NCBI GenBank assembly: GCA_973895155.1
Contig: OZ316896.1
Span: forward strand, 8,205,539-8,269,538
Origin: Marsupella aquatica
Lineage: Eukaryota > Plantae > Marchantiophyta
Reading direction: 5' to 3'
DNA length: 64,000 nt
Below the pieces are notes generated by a model. That model worked only from the letters and a program-made list of their open reading frames with translations. It ran no database searches and was not told the origin of the DNA. The translations under genes were made by a program, and so were the position numbers. This document shows, piece by piece, positions 43,613 through 54,184 of the stretch. How positions within the stretch are numbered: position 1 is the first letter of the stretch; every line of letters begins with the position of its first letter.

Positions 43613-44647
43613 ATGAGTGATTCGGAGGAGTTTTTTGAAGATGTGGAACTTGAAGCACGAGGATCACCGCGGAGGTTTCAGGGGCAGAGAGAGGAGCAGG
43701 AGGAAGAGCACGTGACACCGATACCATCACCGGTGCGGCGTGTGGTGGAGGAAGCAGTACTACTACCGGAGCTCACGGTAAAGAAGAAGATGGGGACTTT
43801 CAAGCTTGGGGGACCCAAGTATGAAGTGACAAAGTATGATGGGCGCTCTGACTACTTGCTATGGGAGAAGCAGGTGAAGGGAGTGCTTTATGCATCAGGG
43901 ATGGGCCAACTGCTGAGCCCTCGTGAAGACGATGTTGATGAGAAACAATGGGACCGCATGCAGGAGCAGGGAGTGTGGTGTGTTACACTCTATCTCATGC
44001 CTCCCATCATCAAGCAGTTAGGTGCACATAAGGATTGCATGTCCTTGTTTGCGGAATTGCAGAGCAAGTATCACCGCAAGGAGTTGTCGAACCGGCTCTA
44101 CACTTCCTACAAACTGATGAGTTTCAGGATGAAGGAATCTGGTACGAAGTTGCAAGACCATGTGGATGCTTTCAACGACATGGTCGTTGACTTGGAAAAC
44201 CTTGGGGAGACTTTGAATGATGAGACGAAGGCTCTGCAGCTTCTTAGTTCATTGCCTCCATCTTACCAGTCCCTATCACGAGTGTTGTTGCATCGTGATA
44301 GGGATACCATTTCATACAATGACGTGGTAAGTTCTCTGCTTAGTGATGATCTTCAGCAGAAGATGCACATCACGTCACAGCCTTCATCATCTGGTGCTGC
44401 CCTCAATGTTAACCGTGGGAGGAGTATGCAGCGACCAACTGGGGACCGTAGAACCCAGTTTAGATCTAAATCCAGATCTAAGTCCAAGGGTAAATCCCCT
44501 CAGAGGAGGCAGGTGACATGTTGGAAGTGCAACCAAGTTGGACACTTCAAGCGAGACTGTAAGGGAAAGGCAACGGAAACTTCATCGGCAAATGTGGCTA
44601 GGGCTGATGGAGAAGCTGATTTACTCAATGATGAGTATGTTTTATGA
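43613..44647 (+). CDS. gag: Copia Gag, 344 aa
   Basis: KYDGRSDYLLW, L.SLPPSY, zinc knuckle CWKCNQVGHFKRDC; ends at TGA 44645-44647. Confidence 0.93.
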   Translation: MSDSEEFFEDVELEARGSPRRFQGQREEQEEEHVTPIPSPVRRVVEEAVLLPELTVKKKMGTFKLGGPKYEVTKYDGRSDYLLWEKQVKGVLYASGMGQLLSPREDDVDEKQWDRMQEQGVWCVTLYLMPPIIKQLGAHKDCMSLFAELQSKYHRKELSNRLYTSYKLMSFRMKESGTKLQDHVDAFNDMVVDLENLGETLNDETKALQLLSSLPPSYQSLSRVLLHRDRDTISYNDVVSSLLSDDLQQKMHITSQPSSSGAALNVNRGRSMQRPTGDRRTQFRSKSRSKSKGKSPQRRQVTCWKCNQVGHFKRDCKGKATETSSANVARADGEADLLNDEYVL

Positions 44648-47329
44648 AGCCGGGGTTATGCCCTGTGCACGTCATCTAGGAGAGCAGATGATGTGTGGAT
44701 TCTTGATTGTGCTTGCTCTTTTCATATTTGTTACATTCGTGAGTTTTTCAGTTCTTACTCTGTTTCAAACGGTTCAGTTCTGATGGGAAATGATCACTCA
44801 TGTCAAATTGAGGGAATTGGGTCTGTGAAGATTCAAATGTTTGATGGCGCTGTGCGCACAGTGTCCGGAGTCAGGTATGTACCTGGCATGCGTAAGAATC
44901 TGATTTCACTCGGTGTGTTGGATTCAAATGGTCATCAATGGAGCGTTATTGATGGTGAACTTCAAGTCAGGTCGGGAGAGACAGTGATTTTGAAGGGGAA
45001 TAGACAAAAGAATTTGTATGTGTTACAGGGCAATACTGTATGTGGAGAGGCCAATGTAACCAAGTCTCACGAGGAGATGACTCAACTGTGGCATTCACGG
45101 CTAGGCCACATGAGTGAGAAGGGTTTGGCTATCTTACGGAAGAATGGACTCATTTCTGATTTGCAATCTTGTAAATTAGAGTTTTGTGAGCATTGCATTC
45201 TTGGAAAGCAGCATCGTCGTGCTTTTGGTGTTGGAACTCATCGTTCCAAAGCGGTTCTTGAGTACATACATAGTGACGTGTGGGGTCCATCCCCGACTCC
45301 CTCACACTCTGGAAAGTTGTACTATGTATCATTTATTGATGATTACTCAAGATTTGTGTGGATTTATTTCATGACGCATAAGTCTGATGTCTTGTCCATT
45401 TTTAAGAAGTGGAAGGCCCAGGTGGAGAATCAGACTGGAAACACGATTAAGTGTTTGGATACAAGGGTGAAGAGTCTGAGGTCAGACAACGGCGGGGAGT
45501 ACACTTCAATGGAATTTGAAGAGTACTGTTCAGAACAGGGGATAACTCGCCATCTCACCACAGTTTATACTCCGCAGCAGAATGGTGTCGCTGAGAGGCT
45601 CAATCGGACACTGTTGGAGCGGTCACGGAGTATGTTGAGCCAATCAGGTTTACCACAAGAATTTTGGGCAGAAGCTGTCAATACCGCAGCTTATTTGGTA
45701 AATCTTTCTCCTTCTAGTGCTATCAATTTCAAAACGCCGTTTGAGATGCGCTATAAGCGGCAAGCAGACTATCATGGCTTGGTAATTTTTGGAAGTGATG
45801 CATATGCTCTCACACCAAAGCAGAATAGGACCAAGTTGGATCCTACCTCCAGGAAATGTGTTTTTCTTGGGTACCAGAGTGGTGTGAAAGCCTATAGGCT
45901 ATGGGATCCTATTGCCTGTAAGCTCGTTGTCAGTAGGGATGTTTCCTTCAATGAATCCAGATTATTGAAGGAGGGGGAGAATACTCAGGTCTCCCGTACT
46001 GACAAAGGAAAATCTCCTATCCCGGATCTCGTTGAGGGGGAGATTGGTTATGAGGTGCATGACCGGAGAGAAGGAGTTGCTCCAATTATGGAGCTGGTTC
46101 CTGTGCCAGAGGAACCAGAGGAGTTTGTTGATGCTGATGAGCAACAAGTGGATGCTGTTGAGCTTCAAATTGTACCAGCACACGCAGATCAACCGGAGTC
46201 ATCGGCTAGAAGAACATCTGGTCGCACTGTACGCGCTCCATCAAGGTATGGACAGTGGGTTGATTCATCTCAACTGCAAGAGGATGATTTTACAGCTGAT
46301 GATGAGGGTGATGCGTTAATTTTGGAAGAAGGAGAACCTTCTTCATTTCATGAGGCAAGTGCTTCAAAAGAGAAGCAGAAGTGGACTGCAGCAATGCAAA
46401 CGGAGATGCAGTCACTAAAGGACAACAAAACTTGGGAGCTTGTTAAGCTGCCTAAGGGTCAGCAAGTGGTGGACAGCAAGTGGATTTACAAGCTGAAGGA
46501 TAATTCCATAGGAGGTGGATCGAAGGTCTACAAGGCTAGATTGGTAGCAAAGGGATTCACACAAGAGAAAGGTGTGGATTACAATGAGGTCTTCTCACCA
46601 GTTGCTAAGTACTCTACAATACGACTATTGTGTGTACTTGTTGTAATGTTTGGTCTGCTCCTAGATCAGATGGATGTTGTCACAGCTTTCCTCTATGGCA
46701 CATTGGAAGAGGTGATCTTCATGAGACAACCGCTAGGTTTTGTGAAGAGAGGACAGGAGGAATTGGTTTGCAGATTGCTGAAATCCTTGTATGGGTTGAA
46801 GGGTACCGTGGATCATGGTCTTTTATTTGATGCGAATGCAAAGAATGCTAGATCATTGATTGGCTATGTAGATTCTGACTATGGACAAGATTTGGACCGA
46901 AGGAGATCAACAACAGGATACGTGTTCACACTTGGCGGTGGATGCATAAGTTGGAGGTCTACTTTGCAGAAGTGTATTGCTCAGTCTACTACAGAAGCGG
47001 AGTATGTTGCAGCTGCAGAAGCAGCAAAGGAAGCGATTTGGTTGGATAGACTTATCACTGAAATGGGATTGCCACAGGGGAATGTGAAGCTCCATTGTGA
47101 TAGTCAAAGTGCGCTCCACCTTGTTGTGAACCAGGTGATGGACAGCAGAGTGAAGCACATTGACGTCAGGTACCATTTTATCAGGCAGGCTGTGTCTGAT
47201 AATTTGTTTGAGCTAGTCAAGATTGATGGTAAACTCAACCCGGCTGACGCATTTACCAAAGTGATTCCTTTGGAGAGTTTCTCTAGACACCGTGACGTAT
47301 TGCAGGTTTTGCAATTGCATCACAAGTAG
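44648..47329 (+). CDS. pol: Copia Pol (PR, IN, internally deleted RT, RNase H), same frame as gag
   Basis: WILDCACSFH, LWHSRLGH...CEHC, HSDVWG, RSDNGGEY, PQQNGVAER, YKARLVAKG, QMDVVTAFL, KSLYGLK fused to GTVDHGLLF, YVDSD, STTEAEY, HIDVRYH, NPADAFTK. Confidence 0.92.
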   Translation, partial: SRGYALCTSSRRADDVWILDCACSFHICYIREFFSSYSVSNGSVLMGNDHSCQIEGIGSVKIQMFDGAVRTVSGVRYVPGMRKNLISLGVLDSNGHQWSVIDGELQVRSGETVILKGNRQKNLYVLQGNTVCGEANVTKSHEEMTQLWHSRLGHMSEKGLAILRKNGLISDLQSCKLEFCEHCILGKQHRRAFGVGTHRSKAVLEYIHSDVWGPSPTPSHSGKLYYVSFIDDYSRFVWIYFMTHKSDVLSIFKKWKAQVENQTGNTIKCLDTRVKSLRSDNGGEYTSMEFEEYCSEQGITRHLTTVYTPQQNGVAERLNRTLLERSRSMLSQSGLPQEFWAEAVNTAAYLVNLSPSSAINFKTPFEMRYKRQADYHGLVIFGSDAYALTPKQNRTKLDPTSRKCVFLGYQSGVKAYRLWDPIACKLVVSRDVSFNESRLLKEGENTQVSRTDKGKSPIPDLVEGEIGYEVHDRREGVAPIMELVPVPEEPEEFVDADEQQVDAVELQIVPAHADQPESSARRTSGRTVRAPSRYGQWVDSSQLQEDDFTADDEGDALILEEGEPSSFHEASASKEKQKWTAAMQTEMQSLKDNKTWELVKLPKGQQVVDSKWIYKLKDNSIGGGSKVYKARLVAKGFTQEKGVDYNEVFSPVAKYSTIRLLCVLVVMFGLLLDQMDVVTAFLYGTLEEVIFMRQPLGFVKRGQEELVCRLLKSLYGLKGTVDHGLLFDANAKNARSLIGYVDSDYGQDLDRRRSTTGYVFTLGGGCISWRSTLQKCIAQSTTEAEYVAAAEAAKEAIWLDRLITEMGLPQGNVKLHCDSQSALHLVVNQVMDSRVKHIDVRYHFIRQAVSDNLFELVKIDGKLNPADAFTKVIPLESFSRHRDVLQVLQLHHK

Positions 47330-47509
47330 AGTTTTCTTAAACATTCATTGTAATTACTGATATATGTTCTTCCTCATTCCTATGTATTAGGCTACGGCTT
47401 AGTTCTGGTTTGCTCTAGTTAGAGAGGGAAACCGGTTTGGTTTCTGTCCAGAACTTCCCGCTGAGGGATCATATACATTGGCAGTAGTACTCTCCCCTAG
47501 ACCAGAGTC

Positions 47510-47520
47510 AAGGGGAAGAT
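47510..47520 (+). promoter_or_regulatory. Polypurine tract
   Basis: AAGGGGAAGAT immediately before the 3' LTR. Confidence 0.9.
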
Positions 47521-47977
47521 TGTTGGGTATTTACTCTTACGTCTAGGTTAGGTATGACGTGGTTGGTACAACAACGTGGGTTGGTACAACTACGTGGTTA
47601 GGTACAACTACGTTATTAGGTACAACTATGTGGTTAGGTACAACTAGGTGATTAGGTACAACTATGTGGTTAGGTACAACTACGTGATTAGGTACAACTA
47701 TGTGGTTAGGTACAACTAAGTTGCACACTATATCATAAGAGGCATGTGTGCTTGGAGAGGTAGAACCAAGGCTCATTGTTATGGAGCCACTTGAGAGATA
47801 GGGAGAGCTTACACTGTGGAGACTCGGTATAGCCGACGGGCTTAGAGTTCAATAAAGCTCTCTTATGTGTTCCCGTGGACGTAGCCTCAAGGAGGTGAAC
47901 CACGTATCTCTTGTGTCGACTATTGTGCGTTGGATGGTTCATGGGCTTGCCGTTGCGATCATCGTCTATGCTCAACA
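47521..47977 (+). repeat. 3' LTR
   Basis: Direct repeat of 42002-42458. Confidence 0.97.
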
Positions 47978-49410
47978 AGACCGAGTCCAATCAAGGTTCC
48001 AGCAAAAAAAGGCCTTCTGGAAATCGTGCTGCAAAGGAGCAGCTGAAGAGATTGAAAAGCAAGGATGATGCCTTGAAGATGTCAACTTTGCCTCAAAAGG
48101 AAATGGCAGCTGCCAATACTCTGCGGTCCCTTGCATACCAGAACAATTCAACTCTGGCCATGCTTTTGCTACCTACAGAGCACATGAGTCCAGAAATGCG
48201 CAAGCTATGGGAAGATTGGAAATTGACTGAATCTGTGAAATTGATTTAGAGGGTGTCCCAGCAAAATGTTTCATTTGCACACACTGTTGGGCCATCTTCC
48301 ATGCATTCCAACAATTTCATGCAGTGTCCTAGCTCCAATTCAAGTGGATACACCTGTGCCTCAATCACCACTGACCTCCAACTCCAGTGCCCATCGAGGA
48401 CCCTTCAAACCGGGCTTCAAACGATCTGGAAGTAGCATGGCTTGCACAGGAAGTGGATCCATTTGCGGGTCCACAACCAGCTTTGTAATCAGGATGTACG
48501 ACAAAAATGAAATTGGTGTTCATTACAGATTTCCTTGTATGACAGAAATCAAATGGCTGTTTCTGGCAATTCGGCATTGTATGCATGGCGAGTCTTTCTT
48601 TCACGTACTATCATTACAATCAATTCATACAGATCCAATTCAATACATGCTTTATCATTTTAGTCCTTATTCAGAATTCACTGAGTGACAAACAAAAGGG
48701 CCAGAGAATAGACACTTGCTCTGATTGAAAATAATTCCATTCTCATCAATTGTCAGGCCAAAAAGCTCTTGACATTGAGAATTACAAGCCCTTTGAAGGA
48801 CCAAAACGTGCATGCCCAAATAAATATGTGGGTAGCACACTAGAGCTATTCAAAATTAGGGTTTAGCCTAAAAAGAAAAGGAACCGTGCTTCGAATCCAT
48901 GGCACGAGACTTCCATGGTGATATACTAAGCCAAAAAAACCCTAAAACCTAATACCAGTCCCAACCCCACCATACTCGTCGTCAGAGTTGGACTTTGGCA
49001 GAACCCCTGCAGCATTGCCCTTCTGCAAATTAGTGACAGTCAATTCCTTCTTGGAATCCTCTACAGCCGAGGCCTTCTTCACCTCGCCCACAGCCGAGCC
49101 ATTCTTTGGCTCCCCCACGGTTGAGTCATTCTTTGGTTCCTCGACTTCATGGCCATTTGCATTGAGGCCATTTCTGGACCTCAAAATCAACAGTGCTTGA
49201 AGCGCACCTCCATCCGGTCGTCATCAAAGTCCCACAATGTGAGCTCTTTGCTCTTATCATTCTCCTTCTCCACTACAACTTTTGCTTTACCCTTCCGTAA
49301 TTTCTTGGTGGGACCGAGGCATGTTGCACAACAAAACAATGCAAATGTGCAAGCTATGGAAGCTGAATGAAGTGCGAGCTTGGCAAGCTGAAATGCCCTA
49401 AAAACTGAGT

Positions 49411-49760
49411 ACAGTATACATATATTGCATCTGCCCCTATACCATATGCTAGTTGTCTGAGTGCTGCAATAATTTTCTGATGAGGAGAAAGACCAGGTTT
49501 TCCTGTTGCATCAAATTTCAATTGAAAATAACTATCATGTGCACACACTGTTGGGAGAAATCAATCTTATTGAATAACCTAGAACTCATACAATACCTCC
49601 TTTTGAATTTCAGCTCATCATATGTTAGTAGGATTTTCTGAAAAGTAGTCATTCCATAGATCCTCTCATTGCACCTTTGCCTATCCTCCTGTCCACATTT
49701 GGAGCTTTGCCTGGCTTGGACCCTCCGTGCTTTCTCTTTCTTGATGCTCCTTGTACCTAC
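49411..49760 (-). pseudogene. Harbinger transposase N-terminal remnant, truncated before the DDE core
   Basis: HGGSKPGKAPNVDR...WNDYFSENP...FKRRYCM...HDSYFQLKFDATGKPGLSPHQKIIAALRQLAYGIGADA, with frameshifts. Confidence 0.88.
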
Positions 49761-51560
49761 AATGGATTGAATTGACAATTATCATGTAAACAAAACCTGC
49801 CCCCGGAAACTGTGCTCCTCTTCCCAAACTTCCTCGCCTTCCTCTATCACCTTCAACAAATTGTCCCTCCATGACATTGTGGCAGCCATGGCAATGTGCG
49901 TGATCTCCAAGTCCCTCTCTACAGTGTATGAGAATTGAGGCGAGAAGTGCAAACCCGATGTTTCTTGGTCATTTTTTACTTGGCACGAACGTTAATTGGT
50001 ACAAAAATGCAGGCCCATGTTTGCGGGGTGCCGGTGGGGATTTGCTTAAATTAAGTTGGCCCCTAAAACTATGGGCCCACAAACCGCCTGGCAAAATTTG
50101 CCGCATTAGCGGGTCACATGCCGCGAAACCTGTGGAGATGCTCTAAAAACTGGAAACTCTAAACCCTCTCCCCAGTTTTGTCAACCCACATTCCTCCAAG
50201 GCTTTCCAGTTCCCAATGCTTCTACGTTCGTCATGAGCCCCGGGGTCCCATGCATGTGAGCTAAGCTTTGCTCTGTTCCATGCCCCACCAGTCTTTTCAG
50301 GAGTTTGGACTTAATTGCCCTCGAATTGCCTTTTAAAGGATTTCTGAAATCTCAACCCCACCCCTTGCATGTACGTACAGTGGTAGCAAGTCGAGAGAAT
50401 GATCACGATGGCAAAACAGCAGGCCGTGTCTTCAGGTTCTCCGACCGGCTGCTACGCAGCGACCTAGCGATTCCTTAGACATGCAAAATGCAGCACTCTT
50501 ACGAAAGAGGCTCTTAACCTGCACGTGATTCACTCTTGTCGTCAGCTTCGACGGTTTCTAACCACAGTGGAGCACCTCATGATGTACGCTACGGTCACAG
50601 TCAGTGGGCCACTGTCTACCTTGTCTGATTTTTCTAACCCGCTCTCTAATCGTTTGAAAGTCAGGTGAATGTCCCACCCCGGTCCAGATCCACCCAATGT
50701 TTAACGGAGTGTCTACTGCTACAGATTCATTGCCATATTAATTTTAGGGGAATGTGAAGACTTACAGTTCTCAGGACTGCGGCTGGTGACCCCTTCATGA
50801 GATATGGCTTCTAGCCTAGCAGACTGACTCTTTTAGCAAGCCATGTTAGATGTACAAATAATACGTTTAGATGAACCGACTGATCCGTCAATTGAATGGA
50901 ACTAAGTGTTTTGCAGTGCAGCTACAGTAGTAGAAAGCCTGTCCTAACAAGACGATTTACCCGTCGAGTACTCTATGAATGAGAGGCGAATATGCAAACT
51001 TTTTGAATAATCCCAGGCCACTGCCATTGTTGGTCGACTTTGGGCTTATATAGTATTCCAACTCCTTTCCAAAGTACACAAAGGCAAACACAGGCCAGCT
51101 AGCCATATGGATGGTTGCTGGGCGTCCCTTTGGTACGATGGACCCCAGGTGAGTAGCTGCTTCCAGCAGCCTCAAGCTGTACCCCAGTCAGACTGGGAGT
51201 CTAGATATTCCGGAGAAAGGTGGTCCGTGCCTCGATTCACATCTATGGGGTCGTGATGCATCAGACTGGACATCTCAGCAAATCCGTGGTCAATCCTGAT
51301 TGAGTACGTTGTTCCCCGAGCAGAAAGCTAGATTGGTAGTCATCAACTTGACCTCGTGTGGATTTTGTACTGGCTCAAGATCGCACGGTTCTCGCATTCG
51401 GATTGAATGATGGATCTCACGAATGGCAAGAGACTTAGCACTCAGCAGAAAATGAGACCGGTGGCTGCTTGGACGTGAGCATTGCCACCTGACGGTTATG
51501 ACTGAATGACAAAAGCAAGCTTTGTAGAAAGTAGACAGAAGGGGACATACCATAAGAGCA

Positions 51561-51858
51561 GGGAAACTTTTTAACCAATTGGCTAGGGGATTTTCCTGGA
51601 AGTGAGACCTCCCAGGTTCAATCCGAGTGGTGTGGGTGGGATGAGTTTTGTGGGTAGTGGATTGGAGTTCTGATTATCTGCTCGGCCCCTGGTCGTCCAC
51701 TTTGTGACCGTGATTTAATCCTCTCTCCTTCCTGGTGCAGGTCCCTGTCGGATCCGTTGGGGCTCACCCTGGTCTGGGTTCCCTACAGAAAAACTGTCAC
51801 ATTGGGGTGGGGGGAGTCTAATTGTATTTACTCCCCATTTCCATTCAAGACAAAAAAA
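51561..51858 (+). mobile_element. tRNA-derived SINE (about 300 bp)
   Basis: A-box-like TAACCAATTGG (51572-51582), B box GGTTCAATCC (51615-51624), A7 tail, flanking direct repeat ATAAGAGCA (extendable to 19 bp with two mismatches). Confidence 0.7.
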
Positions 51859-53055
51859 TAAGAGCATGGGAACTTTGGTAAAAAAAGGCACGAAGGAACG
51901 ATGATTTTCGAATCAGAATTCCACAGCTGCTGTTCTCAAGAGAATTAAACAAAGGAGATCGCGCGAGAATCGGCGCGGAAAAAGGAGATCATGTTCACCA
52001 AACTATGTGCGAGGAATTCGCCAAGTCTAACTACTCGTGAAAAGTGTTCATGATAGGAGATTCAAAGTTCGTACACTTCAAAAAAAGTTGTTCTTGCAAT
52101 ACTTTACATCATTGCATCCATCAATAGAGGTAAGGTCATGGATGGGATTGAGGCAAGATTAGATGACTCGACTACCACTGGTTTATGCACACCAATGTTT
52201 TCTTCAGTGGCAAAAATTCTCTAGATTACTCCTCTAGAAAGCTTTCGCCACTTTTGGTTAAGATTGGTTAGTTTTTCTGTCTCAGTAGCCACTGTCTCGG
52301 GACCATCTCACTACATAGAGGCCATCATCTGGGAAGTTTTTAAGCTTGCATCCCCTAAAATGTAATAATTAAAAAAATAAATTAAAACCACGTAAAGCTA
52401 AAATATTTTTGGAAATATTTTAAAAATTTGAATAAAAGTACCTAATGTTGATTCAAAATTGGATTTAAGAAACACTAATTAAAGTTCTTCCACATAAATT
52501 TTTAAGTTTTCATTTAAAACCAGTAAAACTACCATATTCTTTGTTGCACGTGATGTGTCGATTCTATGGATTGAAATGAAACCCAGAGGCTGTCCCACCT
52601 AGTCCATCACAGGCGCCATTAGCCAGAACCTAAAATAATGACATCCCTAAATCTAGGTGAGATCTAAGGGTCAGGAAAATCAGATGAATTCATTGACATT
52701 TGCCACACTGGCAAAAAAGTAAAAACCTTAAGATGGCACTAATGCATGCACCCCAATGGCCTGCTCCCTGAGATTCACAGTTGTAGTTTAGTAAAAAGAA
52801 AAGTCTGTTACCAGAAAATTGCCTAATCATAGCCTTCACTCTAAAGTTTCAGTCATGAACCTGAGGTAATGAATCCAGGTAGGGGTTGGTTTTACATTTG
52901 TATTTTCATATAAGTACCCTTCGGCACACTGATATAAACTAAACGTGGTAACAAACCCAACAGAAATTATACATTAATAGTTACTATTATAGTCAGAATG
53001 CTACATATACATGTAAACTATTTCCTTAATCCAGTCTCTATGACAAAAAAATCCA

Positions 53056-53372
53056 GCCCGGCCCTGAAAACCTGATTGCACCAATTGACCATTTGAGCTT
53101 TGGTTTGGTGAGTGCCATTAATAGCTTTTGAGTTATCCGCTTGGACCAGTAATCTATAAAATGCTCTTCCGCCAAAAAAAATACTTGTTTAATTTGTGCC
53201 ATGAATTGCAAAGACTCTTAAGTGAGGTTGAATTGCAAAGACTTGTTTAAGACACTTGCCCTAAGAGCATGTTGTAAGTTATTGGTCGGGCTGATAGCAT
53301 GAAAGCTACCTTGACCAAATGCAGTAACTAAAGCTCAAATAGTCGTGTGCAACTGGGTTTTCAGGGACGGTG
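53056..53372. mobile_element. MITE with CACCGTCCCTGAAAACC-type TIRs
   Basis: Left CCCGGCCCTGAAAACCTGATTGCAC versus reverse complement of right end CACCGTCCCTGAAAACCCAGTTGCAC. Confidence 0.55.
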
Positions 53373-53374
53373 AT

Positions 53375-53600
53375 CTCCCCCTGGATCTCCCTAGAATTTT
53401 GGAAAGCTGTCATATTTTGGCTAACTGGGCAGTTAGCCGTTAGGTAGGAAACTAGTTAATTGACGACAAAACTCTAGCAAAATTTGGCCAAATTTTGTAG
53501 AAACTTTTGAGTGAGGTGCAATTCTGTGAATATTCCCCAACCAAGGATCCCATTAGCCAAAATCTGACGGTTTCCTTAAATCTAGGGAGTTCTAAGGGTC
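53375..53600. mobile_element. Foldback/MITE with about 40-bp inverted repeats
   Basis: GATCTCCCTAGAATTTTGGAAAGCTGTCATATTTTGGCTAA pairs with TTAGCCAAAATCTGACGGTTTCCTTAAATCTAGGGAGTTC; a third diverged copy lies at about 52620-52675. Confidence 0.55.
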
Positions 53601-54184
53601 AAAATTATGTAACCTAGGGAATTTAGAGAAGGAATATATGTTCTTACATCTTCTCTTTTACACAAGGGGACATTGGCTTGGACATTTGCCAGGCCAATAC
53701 AAAGAAAAATAAACTTCAAAAAGCCCTGCTTAGGGCACAGGCTCTAACTTTGTAGAAAGGACCCATGCTTGTTCAAAATACCAAAGCTCTAGAGTAGAAG
53801 GATACTTGGGGTGGCAGAAGGATACTTAGGGTGGCTTTACAAGATGGTGGTGGCAGTTTCCACATTTTGCTTGTCTCTAACATGTGATCAGGGCCATCCA
53901 TTGGGGAGAAGCTACTCTTCATTTTACAAAACATTGGGAGCACTATCATGGCCGGGCCTTGCTTATGTGTAGCTGCACATTTTTGTCCTAGGTTTTAGAC
54001 CACCTCTCTTGGAGGTCTCTTCATCAGGCACCTTGAATTGGTCCATTCCTATTTTGAGTCTTTTACATGAAAAGTGGACCTAAATGCCCCGCATCAAAAC
54101 TTCTCTTGTCCTGACAACTGGAGCCCTAGCCAAAGAACTATGTGACTTTTGGGAGGAGTGGATCTACCCTAACTTGTCTCCTAA

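Larger units (their letters stand above)
42002..47977 (+). mobile_element. Ty1/Copia LTR retrotransposon, 5976 bp, very recent, RT core deleted
   Basis: 457-bp LTRs with TG...CA ends, TSD AGACC (41997-42001 and 47978-47982), PBS and PPT present, domain order Gag-PR-IN-RT-RH. Confidence 0.98.
41450..48249 (+). pseudogene. Harbinger ORF1 (Myb/SANT-like) pseudogene split by the Copia insertion
   Basis: RGKNYSE...VSEDPVVRTG*RAEKFWDRV...KSLESKWSDIKHDVQKFIG...SGTN...FAFDCCYYILKDCPRF before the LTR; continues RPSGNRAAKEQLK after it; stops and frameshifts present. Confidence 0.8.
41095..50143. mobile_element. Decayed PIF/Harbinger DNA transposon (about 3.1 kb without the nested Copia)
   Basis: TIR GAGCATCTCCAC(C/A)GG at both ends; flanks TAC (left) and TAA (right), one mismatch from a TAA TSD; contains Myb/SANT-like ORF1 (+) and a convergent transposase remnant (-). 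Confidence 0.88.

Noticed and set aside
44644-44679. AUGA stop/start overlap as a reinitiation signal for pol
   Set aside because: That ATG is not in the pol frame and ends at TAG after 11 codons.
52914-52960. GTACCCTTCGGCACA as a U6-like 5' stem
   Set aside because: No ACAGAGA box or other U6 sequence follows.
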